From the NCBI GenBank assembly GCA_013265495.1, contig MU058591.1, positions 124,001 to 188,000 on the forward strand: a stretch of 64,000 bases of DNA, given 5' to 3'. The notes under the pieces are model-generated. The model made no database searches. It was not told the origin of the DNA and worked only from the letters and a program-made list of their open reading frames with translations. The number at the start of each line of letters is the position of its first letter. The first letter of the stretch is position 1. Below are positions 1 through 15,035 of the stretch, in pieces. This DNA is from Vicugna vicugna (Eukaryota). The position numbers and the translations under genes were made by a program.

Positions 1-653
1 TAATATAACATTCTAAGTCAATTATACTTCAGTAAAAAAAAAAGAGTGAATTGATAAAGTAATCATTTGAGTGGAATTTACACTTGAAGAAATGATTAGT
101 GCATACCTATTAACTATTTTTCATAATAGAAAATGTTTTTATTCTTGTTCTCTTAGGCAGTGACTTTCTTTTTGCCTCAAGCTAGTCATCTTTAGTTACA
201 CAGGCAATTTTAAAACTTTCTCAGAGCTAAGTATGCTAGCATTTCCTACGATTCTTCACATTTTACAAAACAATATGTGTAGTATGTATACAATCATCAT
301 TTTGGAACATACCACCTAAACAACCACTAGCAATATGAAAGATTAATGTGTCATGATGCTGCCTTTTAGAAATACCTTATTGTCAGAACACCTTATATGA
401 AAAAAGGCATTTTTCATTACTTCTTGTGTCAGTAATTTTCACTATACTATATCATGAGTCTCTCTTTAACATACAAAAACACATCATGCTGAATCTGTAA
501 TATATGTATCTTTCTAAGAAACAGTAGACTCAGAAAAACTGGGTGATTTTAGCTATAGGGAAATGTTATGTATGTCACCGTGTGCATGGGTAAAAGTCAA
601 TATAAAAGGGACAACTGGAATTTTACCAAAACTATTTAAAAATTGCTTATACC

Positions 654-1005
654 AAGAAAAAGGAAAGTACCATATGAGATTGCTCATATGCAGAATCTTA
701 AAAAAAAAAAACACCATAAATACAAAACAGAAACAGACTCATAGACATAGAATACAAACTTGTGTTTGCCAGGGGGATGGGGTCGGGGGTGGGAAGGGAC
801 AGACTGGGATTTCAAAACGTAGAATAGATAAACAAGATTATACTGTATAGCACAAGGAAATATGTACAGGATCTTACTGTAGCTCACAGAGAAAAAAATG
901 TGACAATGAATATATATATGTTCATGTATAACTGAAAAATTGTGCTCTACACTGGAATTCGACACAACATTGTAAAATGACTATAACTTAATAAAAAATG
1001 TTTAA
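654..1005 (+). mobile_element. Young, 5'-truncated LINE-1 (ORF2 C-terminal tip, 3'UTR and poly(A))
   Basis: Encodes QEKGKYHMRLLICRI, which resembles the L1 ORF2p C-terminus. It has a G-rich 3'UTR, AATAAA and an A-tail, and a 16-bp TSD AAAAATTGCTTATACC at 638-653 and 1006-1021. It is near-identical to the copies at 53561 and 56330. Confidence 0.9.
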
Positions 1006-4000
1006 AAAAATTGCTTATACCGCTGGAAGCAATGTGGCTGAGAATATTTCTCCCTAAAATACACAATAGAAAATACAAAGAGGGAAGGCTAAATAGAAGT
1101 AATATTTTTAACAACGGTCAATGGCTGAGTTGTTCAAATTGCTATCACTTAACAAAGAAGCCTTACATACAAATAACAGACGTTCTAGAGTTAATTAAAT
1201 TGCTTAAACAATTAGAAGGCTTATTTTTACACTTAAGAAGACCTAAGGCAGAGTGCCTACAGGGTTGATTCATTCAGTTCCTCACTGTCATCACCAAGAA
1301 CCCAATGTACTTTATTTTACAGTCTTTTATGATCAGTGTTTTTTGGAAGCCCTGTTTGAAAGATCACTGCAAAGTTCTAGGTGGCATGTGCAATATTAAT
1401 ATTCAGGAGAAGAAAGGGGCCTTCTTCTTTTCTTAAGGATCTCTTTTAATTGGTGAAAGTATCTTTCCCAAAGACAGCTACACACTTGTCCCCATGACTT
1501 AATACCTGATAAAGCCACATTTCCATGATAAATCACTCACATTCAAGGGTAATGTGACCACCATGCTAGGTTAATAGCTGTCAGTTAAATAGATGGCTTC
1601 AGAAGTTCCACTGCAAAGAAGGAAGGATAGAGGCTTAATGTTAGGAGAAAAACACAGACAGTACCGAATGCTGTGCTGCAGTATTGTATTTATAAAATAA
1701 ATATCTTGTGGAAAAAATATTGGCTAAATTTCAAATGATGTAAATACTTAGGGTTGCTTACTTTATAAAAAATAGTTCTTTCTCAAAACATTAGTGAATA
1801 AAACTCACTAAGATGGGAAATACATGCAGAGGTAAACTGTATAATTGGGATATCTGGAGATTTTGGATGTCTTCTAACAGAACATAAATTTTAAAAACCA
1901 TCCTGTTCTTGTGTCTCTCAACAGATCCAACTTCCGTCCCAAATAATCTGGAAATGTTTTATCCGTCTGTACTTTAGACTCAGTCACTTGGCTTTACACA
2001 TGGAAGAAAGAAAAAAAAAACTTTGAGAATTCTACAGTCTAAAATTTTATTAACTACAATGAACCTTTGGTTTTCCCAGTGACACTTTTTCATTATTTGT
2101 TTGTTTTCACAAATAATAAAATTTTTCATGATCTGGGGAAATTTTTGGCAAATATGTATTTCCCTAGGATAAGATTAAATATGAATTAAATATTTATTGT
2201 AAGCAAAGGGGAAGGTTTGTTGACCACAAATCTATTTAAATTACTCTTCCTTAAAAAGACAGGAAGTCAGAAGCCCACACCTTGACAATTATGTTAACAT
2301 TTATTCTCTAACAGTGAACAGTATGCAGCTTGGCTTTATTCCACTCTGTGTCTGCTAAAAAGAGGGAAAGGGGACTTCCTATTCGTGTCATTTGAAGACA
2401 TTTTGAAAGCCTATTCTCACAAGTGATATCTGAGCTAAATTTTAGTTTTAATGGTCAAAATGAGTTTCATCTCAGTTCTTGAGTGTGACTGCATCATGGC
2501 TTTTACAATCCCCTGCTCTAAAGGCTTCTCTCATAAAAGGTATATAAGATGAATGACACTATCATTTTTACAGCAAAATTTCCATTTTCACAATCCCAAT
2601 AGTTCATATGTAAAGCTAGGTCAACACAGATGTAATTCTACAAAGGGTTTCTCTTTCCTTTTTAATTTAGAATATTTCGAAAGAGATTGCATATGCCCCT
2701 GACGTCTGCAGTTCAGGGCGTTGGTGAGTGATGGCATATTCTTTGAGATTTGCATTCTTAATCAGAAGTAATTTTTTAAACTCTTACATTATATTTGAAA
2801 ATTTGAGATATGGCTCATACCCTATTTTGAGTAGATATAAAGAGTTACATGCTCTGAAAGTGTAGGGATTCTGGATCTTTTGTTCATTGAGACTGTTAAG
2901 CTAAGAATATTTTTTATACAACATTTAAAATGTGAACATCCAAGAAAATTAATTTTTCTTATCTCTTAAAAAAATATTTTTTTACCGTAAAACATTCTCT
3001 CTTCAGACAGCCTCTATTTCTGCTGTGGAAGAAGGAGCAGCTATTTGTCTGGAATATCCACTTGTGAATTTTCGCTTTTCAGTTGTAAGCATATGTTAAC
3101 CCAAAAGCCACTATAAGTGAAGTATCTATCTAGGCCCTTAGCCAAGACTATCTGACATGAAGCACACTAATAAAAACAAAGATAAGTATTTGTATTAAAA
3201 AGTTACAGGAAATACTAAGCTATTTTTTCACGTATGCATTTTCAGAAAAGCGCAATGATATTATGCTGATTCACAGCAGAGTTTCTCCTATTCTTTTTGC
3301 ATCTTCCAAAAATGCATCAGCATTTCCCTCATTCTCATTGTGATTATTACTATTACCATTACCCTATGTAATACAGTGGTGGGTTGTCTCAGAAAACATG
3401 AAAAGAAAAATAAAAGTGGAGGAGTTTATTCCGAGGCTTTTGCATCCTAGAAATGCTCAGTTCCCCAGTTATGACTGAAGCTTGTATAAAATCCAGTACT
3501 TGGTGAGACCTGACTTCATGTCTTTATTTATTTGTCTATTTTTGCTTAAGGGTATTTTAGGTAGAAGTTACGTAAGATCGTTCCTTGGAATTATCATATA
3601 GTCTTAAACTGGCCCTGTACCATCCTTAATCCAGTGAACCAGTTGACTAAGCACTGATGGGAAAAAAAAAAAAGAGAGAGAGGAAAAATTAGCTCAAAAT
3701 GAAACAATAAAGAGCTGGAGAATATTGCTTTCCCCATAAGCAACTTTCTGTACTGTGCTTGAGTAGTTGTTTTTAAATTTCCATAATATTTTTAATTGTG
3801 TTCTAAATAGTATTTTACATCTTACTCTATTTTTTGTGCTTAGCAAAGCCATTTGAATGATTTGTTGGCTCATTTTTATGTTAAATATTTTAACAAGAGT
3901 GGCTTCTTGACATCAGGGAGTCAGTCAGATATAATGGAGTTCTGCTAACAAGCCTCATAAAAATATAGGAAACACATAGTAAATCTGACTTAAAGAGTTC

Positions 4001-4894
4001 ATACATAATAATTTGAAATTTGGAATAATTAACATCTAATACACTATGGCATGCGTAAAACATTAAGAGCTTGATTCAAACAGGAAAAAAAATAAAATCT
4101 ATCATCCTGTATTTAAAGCTTATAATTCCACTCTTAAATCAAATCATCAGGTCTCTATGCTGGCACATGAGTCATCCTAGCTTAGAAATGGTACAGAGCT
4201 CTAAGGGCAACCGTTGGAATTAGGACAAGTTCCTGGAGTTTTTTGGGAAGTTGGCTAGAAAAACAGAAGCGATGTTGAGTGGTTTAGCCACAGCTGGTCA
4301 GGACATTTTGTTAGTGATATTGCTATCAATCTCTGGTTAAAAGAGTACGTGGAAGTTCTATGAATTATTAATATCTCTGAGCAAAAACTGTGGCTGGCAC
4401 TTTGCCTTAGGGCTGGAAGTCTGAGGAAGCAGAAAATGACTGAGAATAGTTATTTCTTTGGTTTTCCAACACACGATGATTTCTCTACCCAAAATGACAC
4501 TCAAAGTATTGAGGGCTTGATATAAAACCTGATACTGATTTTTCTACAAGGTCACCTATATCTAAGTAACATGCACAATATTATATAATTTCAGTGTTAA
4601 ATTAAATGATGAAAGTAAACAGCCGTTTCAGTGCCAACATTGTTTTAATTTGCATGGTACTTTTCATCTCACTAGCCAGAAACAACTGATCTCTTAAAAA
4701 ACTGATATTTCTTTAAAGGAAATGGCTAACCTTCAGTGAAAATTGTTACACTTTTCTTATCTTCACAGCAAAGCTTCTAATTTAGTCCCACATTCAGCCA
4801 TAAAATACTTAAGAAACCTAACCCCTCACAGTATACCACAAAAGGCAGTCAGGTTTTCTTTCATATGTATATATTTTCAGATAGGGATTTATTT

Positions 4895-5110
4895 ACCTTT
4901 CCTCAGAAAGCAGAGAGTAAATCCTAAGACTTCTCATCATAAGGAAATTGATTGTTTTTCATTTTGTATCTATATGAGATAATGGGTGTTCACTAAGCTT
5001 ACTATGGTAATCATTTCATGATGTGTATAAGTGAAATCATTTCGCTGTCGACCTTAAATTTGTACAGTGTTGTACGTCAATTACATCTCAATACAACTGA
5101 AAGAACAAAA
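4895..5110 (+). mobile_element. Old L1M-type LINE-1 3' end fragment
   Basis: Typical L1 3'-terminal motifs (ggtaatcatttcatgatgt...tgtacgtcaattacatctcaat) followed by an A-rich tail. Boundaries approximate. Confidence 0.65.
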
Positions 5111-5529
5111 GTAAAGGAAATGTTTGGGAAAAGACCAATATGTGGTTAGTAAATATTGCATTAGAATTGGAAACAGTTATTTAGTATGTGGAGACAATTT
5201 TGATCTCATTTTTACCGACCTGATCCAATAGCCAATATTCAGCTATACTGCATATTGCTTATGTTTTAACTAATATTTGTAGAAAACCAGACTTTAGAGA
5301 GAAACTGCATGACCAAAAGATAAGAGGTTTAAAAAGGCCTTTCATTTCTGTACTTACAGCCAGCTACATTCATGGACATATGTCCATGAAGAGTCCAGTG
5401 CACAATCAAATCACAGCTTAGAGCAAGTCGAAAGAAAAGGATGCAGTGGTACAGATCAATCCCCCCATTTCAGTTTTTCTCATTTTATTTTTCAACTATA
5501 TGTAGTACAAACTCTACTCATCACGTTTT

Positions 5530-5765
5530 AGTAAAATAGTTAAAGGAACAGACCAAAGAATAAAACCACCTGTATTTAAGTCTTGACTCCATCGTTAACT
5601 GACTATATGAACTTGGGGCTTATGTCTTACTTCTCTCGTGTGCAAAATGGAGATAGAAGCTCATGGAGCTGTTATAAGTATTCAGTGAGGTAGCATGAGA
5701 TAAACACCTAGCAGTGTGCCTTGCAAACAGTAATTGAATCCACATTAGTTATTGTTAATAAAATA
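5530..5765 (+). mobile_element. MIR SINE
   Basis: MIR core-like sequence (tatatgaacttgggg...tgcaaaatggagatag...cacctagcagtgtgcct). Boundaries approximate. Confidence 0.6.
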
Positions 5766-6109
5766 ATTATTATTTCATAAACAACCTTTTAGCTACTTCT
5801 TACAGAGTCTTGGAGAAACAAAACTAAAAGCAAAATGTAAGTTAAGCAAAGACTGCATAGCATCATTTCTAGACAGCGATGAGCAAAATTAAACCTGACC
5901 TCGAGGAGGTTAGTTTAACAAGAACAACACCTTAAATAAAACTGGAGTCTATTAAACTAATTATAAATTAGATGAATAGAGTAGCCACACAGAAGGTTGA
6001 TTGTGTTTTGATCAATAGAAAATCCTTATGTAGTCCATTTTACCAGTCTTCATTATGAATAATGCTTTATGTGTATGATTAAAAATTAAGCAAAGAACTG
6101 TCTATTTTG

Positions 6110-8830
6110 TTATTGCTGTTGCTTGTGGTTTAAATGTCATATTTAAGAAATAGTTGCCTTATTCAAGATAATGAAAATTTATGTCTCTGCTTTCTTCCAT
6201 GAGCTTTATAATTTTAGCTATCATATTAGGTCTTTGATTCATTTTAAGTTAATTTTTGTTTAAGGTATGAGGCTATTTTGTTGTCCAGGAATCATTTACT
6301 GAAGAGACTATTTTTCCCAATTGAATTGTCTTGGCATTCTTATAAAAAATTAATTGATAATACATGTAAGAGATTTCACATCTGGAACTCTATTCCATTG
6401 ACATATACGTCAGTGTTTATACTACTACCTCACTGTCCTGATTACTGTCACTCTATAGTAACTTTTGAGATCAAGAAGTGTGAAACCTCTGACTTTATTC
6501 TTACCTTTCAAGCATTTTTTGACTATTCTAGGTCCCTTGCATTTCCATATTAAATTTAGTATCAACTTGTCAATTTTTGGAAAAGAGTAGCTGGGATTTT
6601 GGTGATTAATCGCATTGTCACTGCCTGTAAATTGATTTGAGGAGTATTGTTATCTTAACAAAATTGTCTTTCATTCCATGAACATAGGTTATCTTTCCAT
6701 TTACTTAGGTCTTCTTTAATTTCTTCTAACGATCTTGTTTAACTTTTAAAGTACAAGTCTTGCATTTCTCTTATTAAATTTAACCCTAAGTATTCAGTTA
6801 TTTTTGATGCTGTTATAAATAAGGCTGAGTTTTAAATTTCAGTTTAGGGTTGTTTGTTTGTAATATATAGAATACCATCAGCAACTGTGTATTCATTTGT
6901 ATCCTGCAATTTTGCTGATCTTTGTTTATTAGGTCTAATTTATTTTGTGTAAGTATTCTTTAGGTTTTTTATATATATAATTGTATAGTCTGTAAACGGA
7001 AATAGTTTTGCATCTTCCTTTCCAACGTGGGTACCTTTTTTGTTTCTTTTTTTCTTGTTTTGCCTAGCTCCCCATTGCTAGAACCTCCAAGTACAATGCT
7101 GAATATAAATAGTCAGAGCAGAAATCCTTGTCTACTTTGTTATCTTGTTCTTTCTTGTATTCTTCTTAAAGGGAAATGTGTTTCAATCTTTTACAACTAA
7201 GTTTGATGATACATGTGAACTTTTGTAGATGTTTCCAAGTGGATTAGTATTCTGTCATGGAAGAGTATTAAATCTGTCAAATGCTCTTCTGCCATCTATT
7301 GAGATTATGTGTTTTTTGTTGCTGTTGTTCTTTGTTCTACATGGTGCATTACATTTATTAATTCTTATTTGCTGAACAAACTTTTATTCTTGGGACAAAT
7401 CTCACTTGGTCATGGTATTTAAATCTTTGTATATGCTTCTAGATTTGTCACTAAGGTTTTGTTAAAGATTTGTGTGCACATATTTCTAAAGGATGTTGGT
7501 GCATACTTTTTTTTGTAATATTTTTGTCCTGTTTTGATATCACAATAATATGAGCATCACAGAGTATATTAGGAAGTATCCCCTCCTCTCCTAATGTTTG
7601 GAAAATCTTGAAGTATTTCTGTAAATTATTCTTTAAACATTTGGCAGAAGTCACAGTGAGTCTATCTTGGCCTATGGTTGACTTTGTTGGAATATTTTGT
7701 TTTTCTTTTTACTAATTCAATATATTTTTCGTATGTCTAACCATTTTTTGGAGTCAATTTCAGTAGTTTGTGTCTTTCTAGAAATATGTCTGTTTTTTCT
7801 CAGTTATCTAATTTGTTCACTTACAGTCACTCATAGTACTCCCTTAGTATTTTTTTTTTAATTTATGTGCAATTGGTAATAATTTCCCCTCTTTCACTAT
7901 TGATTGTAATAATTTGAGTCTCTTTTCTTTTCTTGGTTAGTTGAGGTAAAGATTTGTCAATTTTGTTGAGTCTCTCTAAGGAAGGTTTTTTTTATTTTGT
8001 TGACTTTCTCAATTTTTTATTCTCTAGTTCATTTATCTCTGCTCTAATCTTTACTATTTATTTGTCTTCGCTTGTTTTGAGTTCAGTTTGCTCTTATGTT
8101 ATTTTTTAAGGTGGAATGTTGCATCATTTGCTTGAGATCTCTCTTTCTTGCTATAAATTTCCTTTTAGATACTTCTTTACTGCATCTCATAGCTTTTTGT
8201 GTGTTTTGTCTTTATTTTCATTTTTCTCTACATTAATTGTGTTATTCCTCTGGTAATTTCTTCTTTACTACATTGATCCTTTAATAGTATATCATTTAAT
8301 TACCACAATTTGTGATTTTCCCTAATTCCTTTTCTTATTAAATTTTAATATCATCCCTTTGTAGGTGGAGAACATACTTTCACTGACTTCAGTTCTTTTA
8401 AGTTTGTTGAGACTTACACTGTGGCCTTACACATGGTCTGTCTTGGACAATGTTCCACGTGCACTTGAGAAAATTATACACCTTGCTCTTGATAGGTGAC
8501 GTGTTCCATATGTCTGTTGGCCTGGTTGTGTTATGGTGTTCATCAAGTTTCTCCTATTTCCTTCTTAATCTTCTATTTGTCCTATCAATTATTGAAAGAG
8601 TGATGTTGAAATTTCCAGCAATTTTTGTTGAAATGTCTTTTTTCCATCGAATTGGTCAATTTTTGCTTCATGTATTTTGGGGCTTTACCACGTGCATATG
8701 TGTAATTTCATTATTTTTTGTTTGATTGACTCTTTTATCCAAATAAATTATCTTTTTTGGTATCAAGTAGCAGTTTTTTCTTAAAGCCCATTGTGACTGA
8801 TATTAGTATAACCATTCTAGGTCTCACTTT
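6110..8830 (-). mobile_element. Degraded L1M LINE-1 ORF2 region (antisense)
   Basis: T-rich plus strand with L1 antisense motifs. The minus-strand ORF 7451-7654 (KIFQTLGEEGILPNILCDAHIIVISKQDKNITKK) resembles L1 ORF2p. Confidence 0.8.
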
Positions 8831-9639
8831 TGCTTGTATTAACTTTTAGAAGCTTAATTACCTTTCATACTTTAACCAAAAGGTAATCTGGAATTGACTT
8901 GGTGTACAGTGTAAGGGGAAAGCTTTTTCTATTCTCACAATTTTCTTATATGGGTTACTGAATGTCCATGCAACACCATTTAATACAACAATCATTCTTT
9001 CTCCAAAAATCCACTGTGCCTTTTTTCACATAATTCAAGGATATACTTATATATGAATTTGTGATTTCCTTTTTTTCCACTTGTCTGTGTTTCTGTTCTT
9101 GCACCAAAAGCACAATATCTTAAATAATGTGGCTTTTAGAAAGTCTTTATATCCCACATTGTTTTATTAGAAATGTTCTTAGTGAATTTCTCCTCATTGT
9201 ATTATCTGTATCAATATTAAATGTTTTGTTCATATCCATTAACCAAATATGACAGAAAGACATGAAATGATTGGTTCATATTAGTAGGAATCTCATTTAT
9301 CAATTCTGGGCCTTCCAGCCTTACAGTTCATGAAAATACGATTTTTCTATTTAGATTTTTAAAAATTTTGTAATTAATGTTTTGTAAATGTTTCCTGGAT
9401 ATTTTATGTTTATGTTAATAATTTACAAAATAAAATATAAATTTCATTTATAGGGCAGTTTTCAATTCACTGCAAAACTGAGCAGAAAGCAGAAACAGTT
9501 CCCATATACTTTCTGCTGCCCTCCCCTGACTGTCTCCCTCATTTTTTTATGGTATCTATTGAGATGATCAGATACTTTCCTTTTAAGAATTTGTTAGTGT
9601 TGAAAAATGCTGAGGCCTTGTCATTTAGGCATTCTATAA

Positions 9640-10390
9640 TTGCAGATTTAATCCACAACGAAATACAGCTATATGTGTAACAGAATGCTTAAAGCTAAAA
9701 GACTAACAATGTTCAATGTTAGCAAGAATGTGCATAACTGTGCATCAACTCTGGAAAATTATTTAGCATTATCTGAATAAATTAAAGTACACATTTGCTA
9801 AGGTGCATGTTTCACTCCAGGTACCTGTCTGGGAGACATACATTGGCATGTGCTCCAAGGGGACTCCACAAGGATATTTACAAGACCACTGTTCATAATG
9901 ACTGAAAATGAGAAACTCAATGCCCAGCCACATGTATTACACTTAATTCAAAAGTGTAATAGTATAGAAATGTGAAAAATGTATGAATTATATCTATATC
10001 CAACAACATGCTTGAATCCACAAGCATAATATTAAGTGAAAGAAGTAAGAGAAAATGCAGTATACTGAATAATTATACACACACACACACACACTAAAGT
10101 GTATTGTGAAGAGATACATGTTTATGTAGCAAAGCTGAATTTGGGAGGGGGATGAAAAGCAATGACATAGCTACCATAAAATTCATAAAAATGTGATCGT
10201 GGTTACTTCCATTCTCAGGAGGATAGGAAGATGTGCAGGTGGGAAGGAGACAACAGAGAAGCTTCTCAAGGAACTGACAAACTTCTAGCTCTTGATCTTG
10301 GTGGTGGTTACATGAATGCTTGTGATCATTCAGTGAGCCGTCACTTTATGGTTTTAATCCATTTTCTGCGTGTGTGTCAAACTCTATTTT
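9640..10390 (+). mobile_element. Old L1M (L1MD/ME-like) 3' region containing a short (AC)n tract
   Basis: L1 3' motifs (actctggaaaattatttagcattatct, aacaacatgcttgaatc, attaagtgaaagaag). Boundaries approximate. Confidence 0.55.
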
Positions 10391-13300
10391 TTAAAAGGGT
10401 GTTTTTGTTTGTTTGTTTTGGCTTCATTTGATTTTAAAGAAGAAGTGGGGGAAAGCATTTGACAGTGGCAGCACTTTCCTTTTCATTCTTAAGAAAAAGA
10501 CTTTTTTCCTGAGCTGTTCTATATCACCTCCAAGGGGAAGGTGAATGCTTGTTAGAGGTTGTTACTTATATTTTCTCTCAGCTATTTTTTAGCTCTCTCA
10601 GTTCCAGATGAGCCTATGAAAATGCAAATTGCTTGGTGACTCTCAAATTTAAAATGTTAGATATAAATTTAAATAAGCATCTCTCCATAACTATTATAGA
10701 GACTCTCTTCTATATATTTATTGTATGTGGACCATTAGAGTATCACCTGGGGGAAAATGTGTAACTAATGGGAAAAATGGATAGAAGCCATGTGTCAAAG
10801 CCTCTGATCGAATGATAAAATTGAATTTCTTCAGTTCTGAACGAATCCCAAGGGTAGTTGGCTGTATTGTCAATGAAACTAGACTCAGTTGAAAATTATT
10901 TATATTAAAGTTCACTTACGTGTTATCTTTTCAACTTTATGTGCAAAGCTGTCTGCAATGGGCTGATGTGATTGTTTCAAAAAGCATTATGTATCTTTTA
11001 GGTTTAATACCAGAGCAGGGATTCTGCACAAAAGATTCATAATATGCAAATCTATTTTATACATCGATTTTAACTCACCTAGATTCTTTCATGATTTTGA
11101 AAAAAAAATACCCACAAAATATAATCAACTATTTAAAGAACATGCACGTTAAGAAATCTGTCTCATTGTCAAAAACTCTGAGATACGAGAGCCTCTAGAC
11201 CATGGTATAATTTATTGGACTGTGCATAGGATTAGCAATCAATGGAGAGAACACAGGTCTTGTCCTGGCTTCTTTCCTATGTTGAAATTACTTATCAATT
11301 TTGGGTCACAGATTCTTTATTCATAAAACCAATGAATGAGAGTCCAACTGTGGTTTTCAAACTGTATTCCAAAAAAAAGTAAGATCCCCAGAAATGATTC
11401 AGCAACAGCCACAGGAGCAACAGGGAAACTGAATGGGTAAGAATCCCATCATTGATTCAGAAGAACAACCCCATATTTTCTAGGTATAAAGCCTCACTAA
11501 AATTAAGGAAGTCCTGGTGCTAAATTAAAACAAATAAGAATATCCATGATATGATAAATGTAATTTGATTTAATAATATGATTTCAAAGTACAGTGAAAT
11601 GGTTTTAGCACCTAACATAATGCCTTTCATATTTTAAGGACCTATTAAATGTATGTTGAATTTATGAAACAGTGAGTAAGTAAGATCACAATTATACGAA
11701 GGGGTTAGAACTCTCATATATGAAAATTCATGGAAGCCCCCAAAATGTAATAAGATACTTTGCTCTCTCTTGAGTCTTACAGATTTTACAGCCAAAAGGG
11801 ATAGAAATGTAGAAAGCACCCACCTCCTTACTTTATGTGTGAGAAAATCAGAGCTCAAAGAGCTCATGTGACTAGAAGCCACCAGGTTTCTAATAACAAA
11901 CACAATGTTCAATGCATTACAACAAACTGGTACCAATTAATCATTTATTTTTGAACTCCTTTACCTTAATCATCTGTATAATGAAGGGACTGGACTAGAT
12001 AAACTTTAAGGTTTCTTTCAGCTTAAAATTTCTGACTCTGAATCTTGATAAGAATCCTAATAAATTTTGCCAAATGCTTTACATAAAATGAAAGAATGCT
12101 AAGCAATCCCTAATGCGTCCACCATGAACTATTTTTTTTAACAAACTAATAATCTGTCTTAATATATTTAAGAACAATACCTCAGGAGCTTGTGAACTGA
12201 TAAGGAAAAGTTCAATAGTAGTTCTTTCATTTCCCTTAGAGTCAGATTCATTTTTAAATTACATCTATTAAAGTAAAGAATCAGAGAGTTATTATGGAAA
12301 TGACATCTAAAATTCCATCATTTCAGGGCCCAATATTGAGTTGTGCTTCTCAAATGAAATGTAAGTGCTTATAGATTTAAGTTAGGGTGGCTTAGAGTCC
12401 ACCATTCTAAAGTAATTGCCTTAAATTGTAAAATATAATCAAATGTTTATTGGGAATTTTGTAGATTCTAAATTGAATTAAAAGGGAGTAGAAATGTTGG
12501 CAAATGCAAAGGTTTGCAGATACCTGTCTTGACAATGTCAGTAGATATTTACAAAAATCTTGCATAGCTTCAGTTTAACTTAAATGTTAAATAAATTAAA
12601 TATTGAAGCCAAAACACAGTAAAGATGAAATTAAAATAAATTTAGTACCCAGACTCTAGGTTGAATAGAATACATAAAATCTTCAGAGAATATCACATGG
12701 ATGTGTGATATCTTTGGGAAATAATCATTTATACTAACATGCAAACAAGAAAAGAATCTTTGTATCCCTCAACTGCTTTAGTTTTGTTATTCCCTACACC
12801 TGACACATATTCCTAGGTGCTTCAGAATTTCAGCGAGGCAACGGTCATAGTAGCATTCCCACAAAGGCATCATTGTCACTGCACTCTTACGTGGATGGGT
12901 GTTTTGGGTGATCAGCTTCTCATAAGCAGCCACCTATGACTTCAGCAGGTAACTGCAGAGATGCCTTGAGGGTTGCTGGCAGGTGCCAGCTTTAGGTATC
13001 TTCTCTGTATCATCTCCACTAACCTACCGATCTTAAAGTTACCAATGATAGCATTAAGTTTCTGAAATTTCTCTGTTAAAGTGAAAAAAAATAGTAAGCA
13101 AAATAAAGAATGTTTATGGATCCCTTGATCTATGAAGTACTCCTAAGACACAGCAGTAATTCTTGCTCCTCACCAGGCTCCTCGGCAATGAGTCAATTCC
13201 TCTCTATGTGCATCTGCTTCACCCTTGTTTGATGCCATTCTGTGGGGCAGGGAGGAACTCTGGCGAGCCAGCACCTCCCCTCCCCTTGATTATATTATCT

Positions 13301-13409
13301 CAGTAGGTGAATAAAGGCTTGTGATTTATTATTTTAATTGACCATCTCAACACCTGATGGCTCAACAGAACTACAATGGTCAGAAGCACTTTGGAAAAGG
13401 AAAACATGG

Positions 13410-15035
13410 TTGAAGAACAATCTGATTTCAGGTTATTGTAAAGCTACAGTGATAAAGATACTTTGGTATTGCTGGCAAAAGAGACAAATGGAACTGTGGA
13501 ATAGAACAGAGTACAGATATAAACTCACGTCTATAAGAATAGCTATCTCTCATAAAGATGCAAAGACAATTCAGTGACAAAAAATTATTTTTTCAGCAAA
13601 TGGTACTGTAACAATTCAATATACATATGCAAAAAGATGAACTTGGAGTCATTCCTCACATCATATGTAAATTTTCTCAATACTGATCATAGATACAAAT
13701 TTAAAACTTAAAATTATAAAGCTTCTTGAAGAAAACAGAAGAAATTTTTACTATCTTGGGTTAGGTCAGTGGTTCTCAAACAAGGGCAGTTTTATCCCTT
13801 GGGGGACTTTTGGAAATATCTGGAGATGTTCTTGGTTGCCATGTCGGGGAGCAGATGCTACTGTAATTAAGTGGAAAAGTCCAAGGATCCTGTGAAACAA
13901 CCACTGACAATGAATAATTATCTGGGTCAATAGTTGATAGTTCCATTGTCTGGAGACCCTGGACTAAGTCAAGTTTTCTTTAGTATACACCAAAAGCATT
14001 ATCTATAAAAGAAAAAACCCTGACAAATTGAACTTCATCAAAATAAAGTACTACTCTTTAAAAGACACTGTCAAGAGAATGAAAATATTGAGCAAAACTG
14101 GAGAAACTCTTTCCAAAGCATATCTGATAAAAGATTGGTATCCAGAATCTATGAATGAATGTTCAAACAATAATGAATAAACAGCCCAGTAAAAAATGAA
14201 CATAAGATTTGAACAGTTATACCATGAAAGAATACATAAAGACATTAGCTCTTAAAAATTCTCAACATCATTCGTCTTTTGGGAGATGAAAATAAACCCC
14301 CAGTGGGATACAACTTTGCACCTATTAAAATGGTGAAAATTTAAAATAATGGCCATACTGAGTTCTGGCAAAGTTGTAAGAGAACTGGAACACTCATACA
14401 CTGCTTTGGGGAATGTGAAATTTCACAATCACCTCGAGAGACTGTTTGATTGATTCTTAAAATATTACCTTCTATTATGATTCCACTTCTATTTATTAAC
14501 TCAAAAGAAATGAGAGCATGCATTCACACAAAGACATACCCAGATGATCATAGCAGCTTTATTTATAAGCCAAAATTGGAAATATCCCAGATATCTATTG
14601 TCTGGTGAATAGATAAATAAACTGTGGTATATCCATACAGTGGACTATTTCTCAGCAATTAAATTAAAAGAATATGCATCATGACATGGATGAATCTTGA
14701 AAAAAGGATCCTAGATGAAAGGACCCAGGGTAAAACATGTGTACACACTGCATGGCTCCATTTATATTATTTTTTATAGAAAAGCAAACTCATTTATAAT
14801 GGCAAAATGCTGATCACTAGTTACCTTGGGGTGGGTGATGTTTTGGGGAAATCCAGTAGGAAAGACATGAGGAAACTTGTCAGGGTGATGGGTAGGTCAC
14901 CGTCTCTAGGATATGGTGATAGGCTGAAAACCTCCACCTTATGAGGTTTCTGAGATTGTGCTGATGATTTCTTAATCATCATCAGTACTTTAAATTATGT
15001 ACAGTCTGTTGTATGTCAATTAGACTTCAAAAAAA
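13410..15035 (+). mobile_element. L1M LINE-1 (ORF2 3' part and 3'UTR) interrupted by a MER20-like element
   Basis: ORF 13338-13577 (YCKATVIKILWYCWQKRQMELWNR) is L1 ORF2-like. The element ends with tgtatgtcaattagacttc and an A-run at ~15028-15040. Confidence 0.8.
13767..13961 (+). mobile_element. MER20-like non-autonomous hAT-Charlie DNA transposon
   Basis: Starts CAGTGGTTCTCAA, has the internal motif ggggacttttggaaatatctggagatg, and ends GGAGACCCTG (degenerate terminal inverted repeat). It is inserted within the L1. Confidence 0.7.
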
